Shown: positions 42,487 through 53,051, counted from the first letter of the stretch. The stretch is DNA of 64,000 nucleotides from an uncultured Actinomycetota bacterium (GCA_963825505.1 CAWGTL010000018.1:66137-130136); one strand, 5' to 3'. Numbers and translations: made by a program. Notes: a model not told the origin generated them from the letters alone.

Positions 42487-43332
42487 TCACATCCGCTGGT
42501 AGCGGGCCCGGGCGAACAGGTACACGCCGAAGGCGGCGATGCCGACGCCCATCAGGATCAGCAGGACCTGGCCGAAGGGCTGCTCGCCGATGGTGCGGAA
42601 GGCGCCGTCGAGGCCGGTGGCCTCGGCGGCGTCGGCCTGCGCGGCGGCGTAGACGAGCAGCACGCCGAGGACGGCGACCGCGACGCCCTTGGCGACGTAG
42701 CCGGCGGTGCCGAGCACGCGGATGGCCTTGGACACCTCGCGGCTGCGGCCGGTGCCCTGCAGGTCCTCGAGGAACTTCTTGGTCGCGCCCTTGTAGACCA
42801 GGTAGGCACCGACGCCGAGGACGACGAGCCCGACGGCGCCGACGAGCACGCGTCCACCGGTGCTCTGCACCAGCTGCGCCGTGACGTCCTGGCTCTGCGC
42901 CGACTGGGAGGAGCCCTGGCCCTGGGTGAACCGGAACGCCGTGTACGCCAGCCCCAGGTACAGCACCGCCTTGGCGGCGGCCTTGACCCGCTCGCCGGTG
43001 CGGCTGGCGTCCTGGCGGTGGATCCCGGCGGTGCCGACGCCGGCGGCGGCGTTGACCGCCTGCCAGATCCCGAGCGCGACGAACGCGACCACGGTGACCC
43101 ACAGCGCGAACGTGCCGAACCCGGTCGAGGACAGCTCCGAGAGCGCCCCGGTGGGCGAGGCCTCCTCGCCGGAGCCGCTCCCCAGCGCGAGCCGCAGGAC
43201 GATCACGCCGATGATCAGGTGCAGCACGCCGTCGACGACGTACCCGATCCGGGCCAGCCGCTCGAGCCACTCGCTGTTGCCGGCGGCGCGGACCGCGTGG
43301 CCGGCGCTCGCTGCTGACGGTGTCGGAGACAT
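42487..43332 (-). CDS. DUF1206 domain-containing membrane protein
   Basis: ATG 43332. The protein has repeated TM pairs with the RIGYVVDGVLHLIIG / GYVAKGVAVAVLGVLL pattern typical of DUF1206. Confidence 0.75.
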   Translation of the reverse strand: MSPTPSAASAGHAVRAAGNSEWLERLARIGYVVDGVLHLIIGVIVLRLALGSGSGEEASPTGALSELSSTGFGTFALWVTVVAFVALGIWQAVNAAAGVGTAGIHRQDASRTGERVKAAAKAVLYLGLAYTAFRFTQGQGSSQSAQSQDVTAQLVQSTGGRVLVGAVGLVVLGVGAYLVYKGATKKFLEDLQGTGRSREVSKAIRVLGTAGYVAKGVAVAVLGVLLVYAAAQADAAEATGLDGAFRTIGEQPFGQVLLILMGVGIAAFGVYLFARARYQRM

Positions 43333-43472
43333 GGTGGTGCTCCACCCCTTCGTCGCTCGTCCCAGCCCGGGGTACCGGGCGGGTGCAGCAGGACGCCCTG
43401 ACGCCTCGCTCCGGCCGACATGATGGAGCACCCGGGGACCGCCCGCACGTCCAGCCGTGCGGTCGGAGGCGC

Positions 43473-44279
43473 TCAGTCGCGCAGCGGACGGGCCCCGGCG
43501 ACCAGGTCGTCGAGCTTGCGGCCGTGCAGCACCCGCAGGCTCAGGCCCGACCGCTGGACCCGGCGCTGCACGGCGTCGTGCGGGACCGGGACGTCGGAGG
43601 CCACGAGCACGGCGTTGGCGTACCGGCGGCCGCGCAGCATCGCGGTCTCGGCCACCAGGGCGACGTGGGGGAACACCTCGGCGGCGGTCGCCACCTCGGA
43701 GCGCAGGGTGCCGAGCGGGGGACGGTCGGCGACGTTGGCCAGGTACAGGCCGCCGGGAGCCAGGACGCGTCGCACCGCCTGCGCCATCTCCACCGTGCAC
43801 AGCCGGTGCGGGGTGGTGTCGCCGTCGAACACGTCGCGGACCACGGCGTCGGCGGAGTCCTCGCGCCGAGCGGCGAGGCCGTCGCGGGCGTCGGCCGCCT
43901 GGATCCGCAGCCGGGGGGAGCGCGGCAGGTCGAACCACTGGCGCACGAGGGCGCTGAGGGCGGCATCGACCTCGAGCACGACCTGCTGGGAGCCGGGGCG
44001 GGTGGTGTCGAGCGCCCAGGGCAGCGCGCAGCCGGCGCCGCCGAGGTGCAGCACCCGCAGCGGGGCGGGCGCGGGCGTGACGGCGTCCAGGACGTCGGAG
44101 ATCTGCTGCAGGTACTCGAAGTCGAGGCGCGCGGGGTCGTCCGGGCGCAGCGACGACGACGGGACGCCGTTGACGACGAGGGTCCACAGCCCCGGGTCGT
44201 CGGTGTGGCGGACCAGGACGGCGGTGCCGGTGTCGACCGGGTGCGAGCCGGCGACCGGCACGGGGACGGCGCGCGCCAC
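43473..44279 (-). CDS. Spermidine-synthase-like SAM-dependent transferase
   Basis: 268-aa ORF with motifs LRVLHLGGAGCALP and VVRDVFDG...LAPGGLYLANV. Confidence 0.7.
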   Translation of the reverse strand: MARAVPVPVAGSHPVDTGTAVLVRHTDDPGLWTLVVNGVPSSSLRPDDPARLDFEYLQQISDVLDAVTPAPAPLRVLHLGGAGCALPWALDTTRPGSQQVVLEVDAALSALVRQWFDLPRSPRLRIQAADARDGLAARREDSADAVVRDVFDGDTTPHRLCTVEMAQAVRRVLAPGGLYLANVADRPPLGTLRSEVATAAEVFPHVALVAETAMLRGRRYANAVLVASDVPVPHDAVQRRVQRSGLSLRVLHGRKLDDLVAGARPLRD

Positions 44280-44280
44280 G

Positions 44281-45360
44281 TCAGGGACCTGCCGGGACGG
44301 TCGGCTCCGCGGTGCCGGCGGCCTCGCGCTGCTCGCCGATCCAGTCGTCGATCCGGGTCCACCAGTCGTAGAGCCAGTCGGTGCGGTCCTGCGTGCCGCG
44401 GGGCACCTCGTCGGCGGGGACGAGCCACCAGCGCATCGAGATGGTCGTGTCCAGAGGGAGAGCGCGCCACATGTCGCCGACCGTCACGACGTGGTCGAGC
44501 CCGCTGTGCGCCACCCACACCACGTCGGCCTCCGGTGCGGCGTCGAGCGCCGCGCCGACGCCGCCCGGTCTGGGCGCGAGCACGTGCCGCATCCGGTCTG
44601 CCTTGTCGGCCTCCTCGATGAGACCCTTCTCCCGCAGCTTCGCGATCGCGCGCGCCCGCCGACGGTCGGTGTAGTTGCCGCCCTCGGGGAAGATCAGGAA
44701 GGCGTCGTCGGAGTCCAGCCCGGTGGCCAGCTCGCGCACGAGCTCGACCCCGGACGGTCCGCCCTTGCGCTCGCCGCCCGGCCGCACGAACCGGTTCGGC
44801 AGCCGCGAGAGCAGCACGTCGACGAGCGGGTCCCACTGCATCGCCTCCTTGAGCACGATCCGCGGCTCGCGGTCGTACCAGGACAGCAGCGCGTGGACGA
44901 TGAGGAACGAGTCACCGGGCCCCGCGTGCCGGGCGAAGACCAGGAGCGGCCGTCCCGTGAGGTGCTCGGGCTCGGGCCCCTCCACCGACACCTGCACGCG
45001 CAGGACCCGCTGGCACTCGGCGAACAGGAACCGCAGCAGCCACTGCGCGAGGTCGTAGTGCGCCCGCTCGAAGCGTGGAGAGCGGATCTTCCAGCCGAAG
45101 CCCGAGCACACCCACAGCGTGAGCAGGACGACCAGCGCCGCCGACTCCAGCAGCAGGAACAGCACGACCATCCAGAGGACGCGCAGCGGGCGCCACCTGC
45201 CCGGGATGAGCGGGCTGGCCACGGCGGCGACCAGCACGACGACCGGGAGCACGCCGAGGAGGGCGACCGTCAGCAGGACGACCGCCGGCGCGAGCACGAG
45301 CCGCCGCACCCAGCGGGGAGGGAGCACGTCAGATCCCCTCTCCTGCAGCGGATCCAGCAT
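44281..45360 (-). CDS. Lysophospholipid/1-acylglycerol-3-phosphate acyltransferase (PlsC-like), membrane-anchored
   Basis: The HX4D motif is FARHAGPGDSF and the second motif is FLIFPEGGN. There are two N-terminal TM segments. The start ATG 45360 would overlap the patatin stop by 32 nt and is uncertain. Confidence 0.75.
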   Translation of the reverse strand: MLDPLQERGSDVLPPRWVRRLVLAPAVVLLTVALLGVLPVVVLVAAVASPLIPGRWRPLRVLWMVVLFLLLESAALVVLLTLWVCSGFGWKIRSPRFERAHYDLAQWLLRFLFAECQRVLRVQVSVEGPEPEHLTGRPLLVFARHAGPGDSFLIVHALLSWYDREPRIVLKEAMQWDPLVDVLLSRLPNRFVRPGGERKGGPSGVELVRELATGLDSDDAFLIFPEGGNYTDRRRARAIAKLREKGLIEEADKADRMRHVLAPRPGGVGAALDAAPEADVVWVAHSGLDHVVTVGDMWRALPLDTTISMRWWLVPADEVPRGTQDRTDWLYDWWTRIDDWIGEQREAAGTAEPTVPAGP

Positions 45361-46180
45361 CCTGCCCGGCCAGGTACTCCGAGCTGGCGCGGTAGGCGGC
45401 CTCGATCCGGCGGGGGACGGCGGACGTCGAGCGGTACCTGATGTTCGCCGTCCTCGGGGTGGTGTCGTCGCCGGTGGGGAGCACGTGGACGGTGACGCCG
45501 TCGCCCAGGGTGGCGAGGTCGCGCGCGAACCGGTGCCGCCGGGCGATCTCGAACGCGACCGTGGCGACCTCCCACGGCCGCGTGGGCACCTGCAGCGGAC
45601 GCTCGATCCGTCCGACCTGGAGCACGTACACCGTCCGCGCACCCAGCTCGACCGCGCGGGAGACGGGGATCGAGTTGACCAGGCCGCCGTCGACGAAGTG
45701 CTCGTCGCCGACGCGGAACGGCGGGAACAGCCCGGGGACGGCGCACGACGCCATCAGCGCGGGGACCAGCGGGCCGGACTCGAACCAGTGCTCGCTGTAC
45801 CGCTCGATCGAGGCGGCGCAGCAGCCGAAAGGCACTGCGAGGTCGTCGATCTCGAGGTCGCCGAAGGTCGTGTCGAGCAGCCCGCGCAGGCCGGCGCCGG
45901 TGTGCAGCGCGGTCCGCGTCATCGTCCGCAGCCGGTCGAGAGGCGCGCTGGAGAACGCGGCGGTGGCGTCGCTGGACCACCACCGGGTGAGCAGCTCGAC
46001 GGCGTCCGGTCCGGGGTCGCGGGCCAGGGCCGCGCCGTTGACGGCGCCGATGCTCGTGCCGAGCACGACGTCCGGGCGGATGCCGGCCTCCACCAGCGCG
46101 CGGGCCATCCCGACCTCGCTGGCGCCGAGGACCCCGCCGCCACCGAGCACCCACGCGGTGCGCAGCGCCGTCCGGGTCAC
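45329..46180 (-). CDS. Patatin-like phospholipase
   Basis: The oxyanion motif is GGGGVLG, the nucleophile elbow is GTSIG and the catalytic Asp lies in FVDGG. The GTG start overlaps the upstream stop (GTGA). Confidence 0.85.
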   Translation of the reverse strand: MTRTALRTAWVLGGGGVLGASEVGMARALVEAGIRPDVVLGTSIGAVNGAALARDPGPDAVELLTRWWSSDATAAFSSAPLDRLRTMTRTALHTGAGLRGLLDTTFGDLEIDDLAVPFGCCAASIERYSEHWFESGPLVPALMASCAVPGLFPPFRVGDEHFVDGGLVNSIPVSRAVELGARTVYVLQVGRIERPLQVPTRPWEVATVAFEIARRHRFARDLATLGDGVTVHVLPTGDDTTPRTANIRYRSTSAVPRRIEAAYRASSEYLAGQDAGSAAGEGI

Positions 46181-46809
46181 GCCGCCACCCGCGGTGCGCG
46201 GGGGAGGGTGAGGCCGCAGTCGCGCAGCTCGAGCGCCGCCAGGGCGCGCACGACGTCGGCGTCGCCGCTGCGCCAGGCGGTCACCGGGTCGGGGGACACC
46301 CGCGCGAGCTTGTGCATCGGCTGGTTCGCCATGGCGCGCAACGCGAACAGGGCGAGGTCGGCGTCCGCGTCGATGAACCGGCGCGCCGCGGCCGCCCGCC
46401 GCGCGAAACGCACCCGGCCCGGCACCCAGAGCGCGACGGCGAGCAGCACGGGCACGGCGACCACCACGACGGTCAGCACGGTCGCGAGGTCCTCGACCAC
46501 CTCGACCTGCCGCCGGCCGGCAGCGGCGATCGCGTCGGCGGCGTCACCGGCGGAGGTGAACGGGGACGACAGCTCGTCGCCGACCAGCGGGACGCGAAGG
46601 GCGGTCTCGGCCGCACGGTCGAAGCTCCTGGCGGCGTCGGTGGCCCCGGCGTCGAGGCGCCGGCCGGGCTCAGCGAGGCCGCGCACGGCGTCGCCGACGG
46701 CCTGCCCCGCGCGCCAGGACAGCCAGATCCAGGCGACCAGCAGCAGGTCGCCGACGACCTGCAGCACCGCGCGGGCGGGCGTGCGCGCGTACAGCGCGGT
46801 GAACGGCAT
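46177..46809 (-). CDS. Hypothetical membrane protein (first gene of the patatin operon)
   Basis: ATG 46809 (MPFTALYARTPARAVLQVVGDLLLVAWIWL...). It has two TM segments and I recognise no family. It is the C-terminal part of track ORF 46177..48129. Confidence 0.55.
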   Translation of the reverse strand: MPFTALYARTPARAVLQVVGDLLLVAWIWLSWRAGQAVGDAVRGLAEPGRRLDAGATDAARSFDRAAETALRVPLVGDELSSPFTSAGDAADAIAAAGRRQVEVVEDLATVLTVVVVAVPVLLAVALWVPGRVRFARRAAAARRFIDADADLALFALRAMANQPMHKLARVSPDPVTAWRSGDADVVRALAALELRDCGLTLPRAPRVAA

Positions 46810-47091
46810 GGACGGCCTCCTGGTGTGGTGCCGGGTGTCGGGCACCGACGGCAGCGGGAGCTGGTGCGGCTCGACAGTAGGGCGTGCCGCCGGACCCCTG
46901 CCCTGGTGCGCCTCCTGGGGTCGGGAGGCACGCCCTATGCTCGGCGGCGGCACGGGTCCGGCATCCCGGCGGCGCAGGCCGTCGCGCCGCTCCCGGCCGG
47001 CCGACGGCCGACGACGTCCGACGGTCCCAGCGTCCGCGCGGCCGCGCCGAGCCCGGCCCCGCGGCACGACGAGGAGGACGAGGACAGCGCT

Positions 47092-48207
47092 GTGAAGGTG
47101 GGCATCCCCCGCGAGGTCAAGAACCACGAGTACCGCGTCGCGCTCACGCCGGTCGGTGCGCACGAGCTGACCCAGCACGGGCACCAGGTCCTCGTCGAGA
47201 AGGGGGCCGGCGTCGGTTCCCAGGTGCCGGACGAGGAGTACGTCGCCGCAGGCGCCACGATCCTCGACAGCGCCGACGACGTGTGGGGCACCGCCGACAT
47301 GGTGCTGAAGGTCAAGGAGCCGGTCGCCGAGGAGTACCACCGGCTCCGCGAGGGGCTCACCCTCTTCACCTACCTGCACCTGGCCGCCGACAAGCCGCTC
47401 ACCGAGCAGCTGGTCGAGAAGAAGGTCACCGCGATCGCGTACGAGACCGTGCAGCTGCCCTCGGGCGGGCTGCCGCTGCTGTACCCGATGTCCGAGGTCG
47501 CGGGCTGCCTCGCACCGCAGGTCGGCGCCCACTCGCTGATGAAGGCCCAGGGCGGCCGCGGCGTGCTGATGGGCGGCGTCGGCGGTGTGGCCAACGCCAA
47601 GGTCGTCATCATCGGTGCGGGCGTCTCGGGCCAGAACGCCGCGAACATCGCCCTGGGCATGGGGGCCGACGTCACCCTGCTCGACACCGACCTCGACAAG
47701 CTGCGGATGTCGTTCTGGCGCTACAACAACCGTGTCCACGGCCTCGCGTCGTCCAAGCTGGCGATCCAGCAGCAGGTGCTCGAGGCCGACATGGTCATCG
47801 GCGCCGTGCTGATCCCCGGCGCGGCCGCGCCGAAGCTGGTCACCAACGAGCTGGTGTCGCAGATGAAGCCGGGCTCGGTGCTGGTCGACATCGCGATCGA
47901 CCAGGGCGGTTGCTTCGAGGACTCGCACGCGACCACGCACGCCGACCCCACCTACGAGGTGCACAACTCGGTCTTCTACTGCGTGGCCAACATGCCCGGC
48001 GCCGTGCCCAACACCTCCACCTACGCCCTCACGAACGCGACCCTGCCGTACGCGGTGGCGGTGGCGAACAAGGGCTGGGAGCAGGCCTGCCGCAGCGACC
48101 GGTCGCTCGCCCTGGGCCTCAACACCCACGCCGGGCAGCTCACCAACGCGCCGGTCGGCGAGGCGGTCGGCATCGCGAGCACGGCCCTCGACGAGGTGCT
48201 GTCCTGA
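47092..48207 (+). CDS. ald: Alanine dehydrogenase
   Basis: GTG 47092 ([20 protein letters not shown]...), NAD motif [13 protein letters not shown], full-length AlaDH-like sequence. Confidence 0.9.
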   Translation: MKVGIPREVKNHEYRVALTPVGAHELTQHGHQVLVEKGAGVGSQVPDEEYVAAGATILDSADDVWGTADMVLKVKEPVAEEYHRLREGLTLFTYLHLAADKPLTEQLVEKKVTAIAYETVQLPSGGLPLLYPMSEVAGCLAPQVGAHSLMKAQGGRGVLMGGVGGVANAKVVIIGAGVSGQNAANIALGMGADVTLLDTDLDKLRMSFWRYNNRVHGLASSKLAIQQQVLEADMVIGAVLIPGAAAPKLVTNELVSQMKPGSVLVDIAIDQGGCFEDSHATTHADPTYEVHNSVFYCVANMPGAVPNTSTYALTNATLPYAVAVANKGWEQACRSDRSLALGLNTHAGQLTNAPVGEAVGIASTALDEVLS

Positions 48208-49208
48208 GCCCAGGCACAGGGACGCCGGCCGGGCCCGCGACGGAGAGCACCTCCGCCGGGCCCGGCCGCGCGCTCGGCCGGCACCTGCGCGGCTACCTCG
48301 AGCACCTCGAGGTCGAGCGCGGGCTGGCCGGCAACACCCTGGCGGCCTACCGGCGCGACCTCGACCGGTACCTGTCCTACCTCCTGGCCCGCGGCGTCGA
48401 GACCCCCGGTGAGGTCACCGCCCAGCACGTCGCCGACTTCCTCGCCGCGATCCGCACCGGTGACGACGGCCGGCCGGTGCTCACCGCCTCGTCGGCGGCC
48501 CGCACCGTGGTCGCGGTGCGCGGCTGGCACCGGTTCCTGGCGCGCGAGGGCGTCACGCCGCTCGACCCGTCCGACGACGTGCGGCCGCCGCAGACCCCCA
48601 AGCGGCTGCCGAAGGCGATCTCGGTCGACGAGGTGCAGCGGCTGCTCGAGTCGGCGTCGGTGGGCGACACCCCGGCCGCGCTGCGCGACCGCGCCCTGCT
48701 GGAGGTCCTGTACGCCACCGGCGCCCGGATCAGCGAGGCCGTCGGGCTCGACCTCGACGACCTGCCCCCGCAGGTGCTCGACGGCGGGACGGGCGAGGGG
48801 GCCGCCGTCCGGCTCTTCGGCAAGGGCGGCAAGGAGCGGCTGGTGCCGCTCGGGCGCTACGCCGTCCGCGCCCTGCAGGCGTACGTGGTGCGCGCGCGGC
48901 CGGCGCTGGCCACCGCCGGCAGCGGCACGCCGGCGGTCTTCCTCAACACCCGCGGAGGTCGTCTGTCGCGGCAGAGCGCCTGGACCGTGCTGCGCGCCGC
49001 GGCCGACCGGGCCCGGCTCACCGGGCACGTCTCGCCGCACACGCTGCGGCACTCCTTCGCCACCCACCTGCTCGAGGGCGGGGCCGACGTGCGGGTGGTC
49101 CAGGAGCTGCTCGGGCACGCCTCGGTGACGACGACGCAGGTGTACACGCTCGTGACGATCGACCGGCTGCGCGAGGTCTACGTGGGCGCCCACCCCCGGG
49201 CCCGCTGA
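48204..49208 (+). CDS. xerD: Site-specific tyrosine recombinase XerD
   Basis: The core-binding domain includes [26 protein letters not shown]. The catalytic residues lie in [20 protein letters not shown] and [14 protein letters not shown]. The start is unresolved: there is no in-frame ATG, GTG or TTG upstream of the conserved core, and 48204 is a CTG. Confidence 0.8.
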   Translation: MSPGTGTPAGPATESTSAGPGRALGRHLRGYLEHLEVERGLAGNTLAAYRRDLDRYLSYLLARGVETPGEVTAQHVADFLAAIRTGDDGRPVLTASSAARTVVAVRGWHRFLAREGVTPLDPSDDVRPPQTPKRLPKAISVDEVQRLLESASVGDTPAALRDRALLEVLYATGARISEAVGLDLDDLPPQVLDGGTGEGAAVRLFGKGGKERLVPLGRYAVRALQAYVVRARPALATAGSGTPAVFLNTRGGRLSRQSAWTVLRAAADRARLTGHVSPHTLRHSFATHLLEGGADVRVVQELLGHASVTTTQVYTLVTIDRLREVYVGAHPRAR

Positions 49209-49294
49209 GATAGGGTCGCCGACGACCTGACCCGCAGCTCCTGCGCAGGTCGCACGCACGCACCGCACCCGAGCAGCCAGAGGCGACCCCACCA

Positions 49295-50203
49295 GTGACG
49301 AGCACGACGTCCGACGCCGCGTCCGCCGGCGGCACGAACGCCGCGGCCGACGGCGCCAAGGACGGGCTGGGACCCACCGGACGCCCGCTGCCGCGCTTCA
49401 AGGCCCCCAAGCCGCTCGCCGCGCACGGTCCGGCGCGGATCATCTCGCTGTGCAACCAGAAGGGCGGGGTGGGCAAGACCACCACGACCATCAGCCTCGG
49501 CGCGGCGCTCGCGGAGTACGGCCGCAAGGTCCTGCTCGTCGACTTCGACCCGCAGGGCGCGCTCTCGGTGGGTCTCGGCAGCAACCCGCACACCCTCGAC
49601 ACCACCGTCTACAACCTGCTGATGGAGCGCGGCGTCGACATCCACGACGTGATCGCGCCCACGGCGGTCGAGAACCTCGACATCCTGCCGGCGAACATCG
49701 ACCTGTCGGCCGCCGAGGTGCAGCTGGTGGGCGAGGTGGCCCGCGAGCAGATCCTGTCCCGCGTGCTGCGCCCGGTGGAGGACGAGTACGACGTCGTCCT
49801 GATCGACTGCCAGCCCTCGCTCGGCCTGCTCACCGTGAACGCGCTCACCGCCTCGCACGGCGTGCTGATCCCGATGGAGTGCGAGTACTTCGCCATGCGG
49901 GGCGTGGCCCTGCTGATGGAGACGATCGAGAAGATCCAGGACCGGCTGAACCCCCGGCTCGAGCTCGACGGCATCCTCGCCACCATGTACGACTCCCGCA
50001 CGCTGCACAGCCGCGAGGTCGTCCAGCGGCTGGTCGAGGCCTTCGGCGAGCAGGTCTTCCACACGGTCATCGGCCGCACGGTCAAGTTCCCCGAGGCCTC
50101 GGTCGTGGCCGCCCCCATCACCCGCTACGCCTCCGGGCACGCGGGCGCCGAGGCGTACCGGCAGCTGGCCCGCGAGCTCGTGGCGCGCGGCCACGTCGCC
50201 TGA
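49295..50203 (+). CDS. ParA/Soj-family ATPase
   Basis: Deviant Walker A motif CNQKGGVGKTTTT in a 302-aa track ORF. Confidence 0.85.
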   Translation: MTSTTSDAASAGGTNAAADGAKDGLGPTGRPLPRFKAPKPLAAHGPARIISLCNQKGGVGKTTTTISLGAALAEYGRKVLLVDFDPQGALSVGLGSNPHTLDTTVYNLLMERGVDIHDVIAPTAVENLDILPANIDLSAAEVQLVGEVAREQILSRVLRPVEDEYDVVLIDCQPSLGLLTVNALTASHGVLIPMECEYFAMRGVALLMETIEKIQDRLNPRLELDGILATMYDSRTLHSREVVQRLVEAFGEQVFHTVIGRTVKFPEASVVAAPITRYASGHAGAEAYRQLARELVARGHVA

Positions 50204-50222
50204 CCCCGTCCGCGCACCCGCG

Positions 50223-51090
50223 GTGAGCGTGAGCACCCCCGAGACCCGACCGGCGCCCGACGCCGGCTCGGCGCGTCCGGGCACGCCCGCGTTCGAGGTG
50301 CACCTGGACAACTTCTCCGGGCCGTTCGACCTGCTGCTGAGCCTGATCGCCAAGCACCAGATGGACATCACCGAGGTGGCGCTGGCCACCGTCACCGACG
50401 ACTTCATCGCGCACATCCGCCGCGCCGAGGGGGTCTGGGACCTCGACCAGGCCAGCGAGTTCCTCGTGGTGGCCGCCACCCTGCTCGACCTCAAGGCCGC
50501 GCGGCTGCTGCCGTCCGGGCAGGTCGAGGACGCCGAGGACCTCGCCCTGCTGGAGGCGCGCGACCTGCTGTTCGCGCGGCTGCTGCAGTACCGGGCCTAC
50601 AAGCTGGTCGCCGGCGAGCTGGCCACCCGGTTCGCCACGTCCGGGCGCAGGCGTGCCCCGCGCGGTGGCGCTCGATCCGCACCTGGCCGGTCTGCTGCCG
50701 GACCTGGTGTTCTCGCTCACGCCGCAGCAGCTGGCCGAGATCGCGGCCCGCGCGCTGGCGCCGCGACCGCGGCCGCCGGAGGTCGGTCTCGACCACCTGC
50801 ACGGCTCGGCCGTCAGCGTGGCCGAGCAGGCCGAGGTCGTGGTCACGCGGATGCGGCGCTCGGGCGTGGCGACCTTCCGCGACCTGGTGGCCGACGCCGA
50901 GTCGACCCTGGTGGTGGTGGCGCGGTTCCTCGCCCTGCTCGAGCTGTTCCGCGAGTCGGCCGTGACGTTCGAGCAGGCCAGCGCCCTCGGTGAGCTGACC
51001 GTGCGGTGGACCGGCACCGAGAGCGGTGCCGTGCAGGTCAGCGACGAGTTCGACGAGCCCGACGAGACGGACGGAGACGAGCAGGCGTGA
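50223..51090 (+). pseudogene. scpA: Segregation and condensation protein A, one frame change
   Basis: The N-terminal part is FSGPFDLLLSLIAKHQMDITEVALATVTDDF (ORF 50223..). The C-terminal part is in ORF 50653..51090. The +1 shift is near 50648. Confidence 0.8.
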
Positions 51091-51701
51091 CGAGCGAGAC
51101 CGACGACGTGCAGGAGACCGCGGTCGAGGAGGGTCTCGACCTCGAGCTGCTGCCCGGCGGTGCGCGGGCGGCGCTCGAGGGCGTCCTCATGGTCGTCGAC
51201 GAGCCGGTGAGCGAGGTGCAGCTGGCGGCGGCGCTGGTGCTGCCGCGCGAGCGCGTCCACGAGCTGCTCGAGGCGCTGTCGGCCGAGTACGCCGAGCAGC
51301 AGCGGGGATTCGAGCTGCGCGCGATCGCCGGCGGCTGGCGCCTGTACAGCCGTCCCGAGCTCGCGCCCGTCGTCCAGCGGTTCGTCCTCGACGGGCAGAC
51401 GGCGCGCCTCACCCAGGCCGCGCTCGAGACGCTCGCCGTCATCGCCTACCGCCAGCCGGTCAGCCGGGCGCGGGTCTCGGCGGTGCGTGGTGTGAACGTC
51501 GACGGCGTGGTGCGTACGCTGACCACGCGCGGCCTGGTCACCGAGGTCGGCACCGACGAGCACACCGGAGCCACGTTGTACGGCACCACCACCACCTTCC
51601 TGGAGCGGATGGGCCTCGGCAGCCTCGACGAGCTGCCCGCCCTCGCCCCGTACCTGCCGGACGCCGACGTCCTCGACGAGCTCGCGGAGGGCCACGCGTG
51701 A
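51087..51701 (+). CDS. scpB: Segregation and condensation protein B
   Basis: GTG 51087 overlaps the scpA stop (GTGA). Motifs: LEGVLMVVDEPVS and ETLAVIAYRQPVSRARVSAVRGVNVDGVVRTL. Confidence 0.85.
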   Translation: MTSETDDVQETAVEEGLDLELLPGGARAALEGVLMVVDEPVSEVQLAAALVLPRERVHELLEALSAEYAEQQRGFELRAIAGGWRLYSRPELAPVVQRFVLDGQTARLTQAALETLAVIAYRQPVSRARVSAVRGVNVDGVVRTLTTRGLVTEVGTDEHTGATLYGTTTTFLERMGLGSLDELPALAPYLPDADVLDELAEGHA

Positions 51702-52583
51702 CCCCCCAGCCCCCCTCCGGCCGTGGCGCCGGCGGCAAGGGCGGGCCCCGCCGCACCCCCGGCGGGGCGAGCCACCGGATGGGCAAGGGCTCGCGCCCGC
51801 CCGGTCGCCGTCCGCAGCCGCCCCGCTCCGGCGAGCCGCAGGTCGACGTCCACGACCCCACCGGCGTGCGGCTGCAGAAGCTGCTCGCCCAGGCCGGCGT
51901 CGCCTCCCGCCGGGCGAGCGAGGACCTCATCGCCGCCGGCCGGGTCGAGGTCGACGGGCAGGTCGTCACCGAGCTCGGCGTGCGGGTCGACCCCGCCACC
52001 GCCGTCATCCACGTCGACGGCATGCGGCTCCAGCTCGACAGCACCAAGGTCTACCTCGCGCTGAACAAGCCGCGCGGCGTCGTCAGCACGATGAGCGACC
52101 CGGAGGGCCGCCCCTGCATCGGCGACCTCGTGGGCGACCGCACCGAGCGGCTGTTCCACGTCGGCCGGCTCGACGTCGACACCGAGGGCCTGCTGCTGGT
52201 CACCAACGACGGCGACTTCTCGCACCGGCATGCAGCACCCGTCCTACGAGGTGCCCAAGACCTACCTGGCCGAGATCCCCGGCCCGGTGCCGCGCGACCT
52301 GGGCAAGCGGCTGCGCGAGGGCATCGAGCTCGAGGACGGCCTGGTGCAGGTCGACTCGTTCAAGATGATCGACTCCAAGCCCGGCCGGGCGCTGGTCGAG
52401 ATCATCCTGCACGAGGGCCGGCACCACATCGTCCGGCGCCTGCTCAAGGAGGTCGGCCACCCGGTGATGCAGCTCGTGCGCGTCCAGGTGGGCCCGGTGC
52501 TGCTCGGCGACCTGCTGCCCGGCAAGAACCGTCCGCTGACCCGCGACGAGCTCGGCACCCTGATGGCGGCCATCGGCCTCTGA
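51698..52583 (+). pseudogene. rluB: 23S rRNA pseudouridine synthase (RsuA/RluB family), one frame change
   Basis: GTG 51698 overlaps the scpB stop. The protein has a Gly/Arg/Pro-rich N-terminus, an S4 domain (RLQKLLAQAGVASRRASEDLI) and the catalytic motif GRLDVDTEGLLLVTNDG. An extra A near 52229 moves the rest (HPSYEVPKTYLAE...) into ORF 52230..52583. Confidence 0.8.
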
Positions 52584-52688
52584 GCGCGTCTCGCGGGACG
52601 GATGGCGCGTCCCGTGTCCTGGACCGGGGTCCTACCGTGGTCACCGGCAGCGGCCGGGACGGCCGGCGCGGGACGAGGGAGTGCAGCG

Positions 52689-53051
52689 GTGGCGGTGCGG
52701 GGCATCCGGGGGGCGATCCAGCTCGACGCGGACGAGCGCGAGCACCTGCTCGCCTCCACCCGCGAGCTCGTCACCGCCGTGCTGCAGGCCAACGCGATCA
52801 CCGCGGACGACCTGATCTCCATCGTCTTCACCGTCACCGCCGACCTGCGCAGCGAGTTCCCCGCCCTGGCCGCCCGCGAGCTGGGCATGGGCGACGTGCC
52901 GCTGCTGTGCACGGTGGAGATCGACGTGCCCGGCGCGATGCCGCGGGTGGTGCGGCTGATGGCCCACGCCGAGATGGACGTGCCCCGCGCCCAGGTGCAG
53001 CACGTGTACCTGCGCGGCGCCGTGGGCCTGCGCCGGGACCTCGCCCAGTGA
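52689..53051 (+). CDS. aroH: AroH-class chorismate mutase
   Basis: Motifs VRGIRGAIQ, ISIVFTVTADL and VLQHVYLRGA-like. GTG 52689 or 52695 is more plausible than the track start at 52602. Confidence 0.75.
   Translation: MAVRGIRGAIQLDADEREHLLASTRELVTAVLQANAITADDLISIVFTVTADLRSEFPALAARELGMGDVPLLCTVEIDVPGAMPRVVRLMAHAEMDVPRAQVQHVYLRGAVGLRRDLAQ

Noticed and set aside
45329-46180. The patatin-like phospholipase as a CBASS or other defence effector.
   Set aside because: There is no cyclase/nucleotidyltransferase, no sensing domain and no other defence gene nearby. It is embedded in an operon with an acyltransferase, which is consistent with lipid metabolism.
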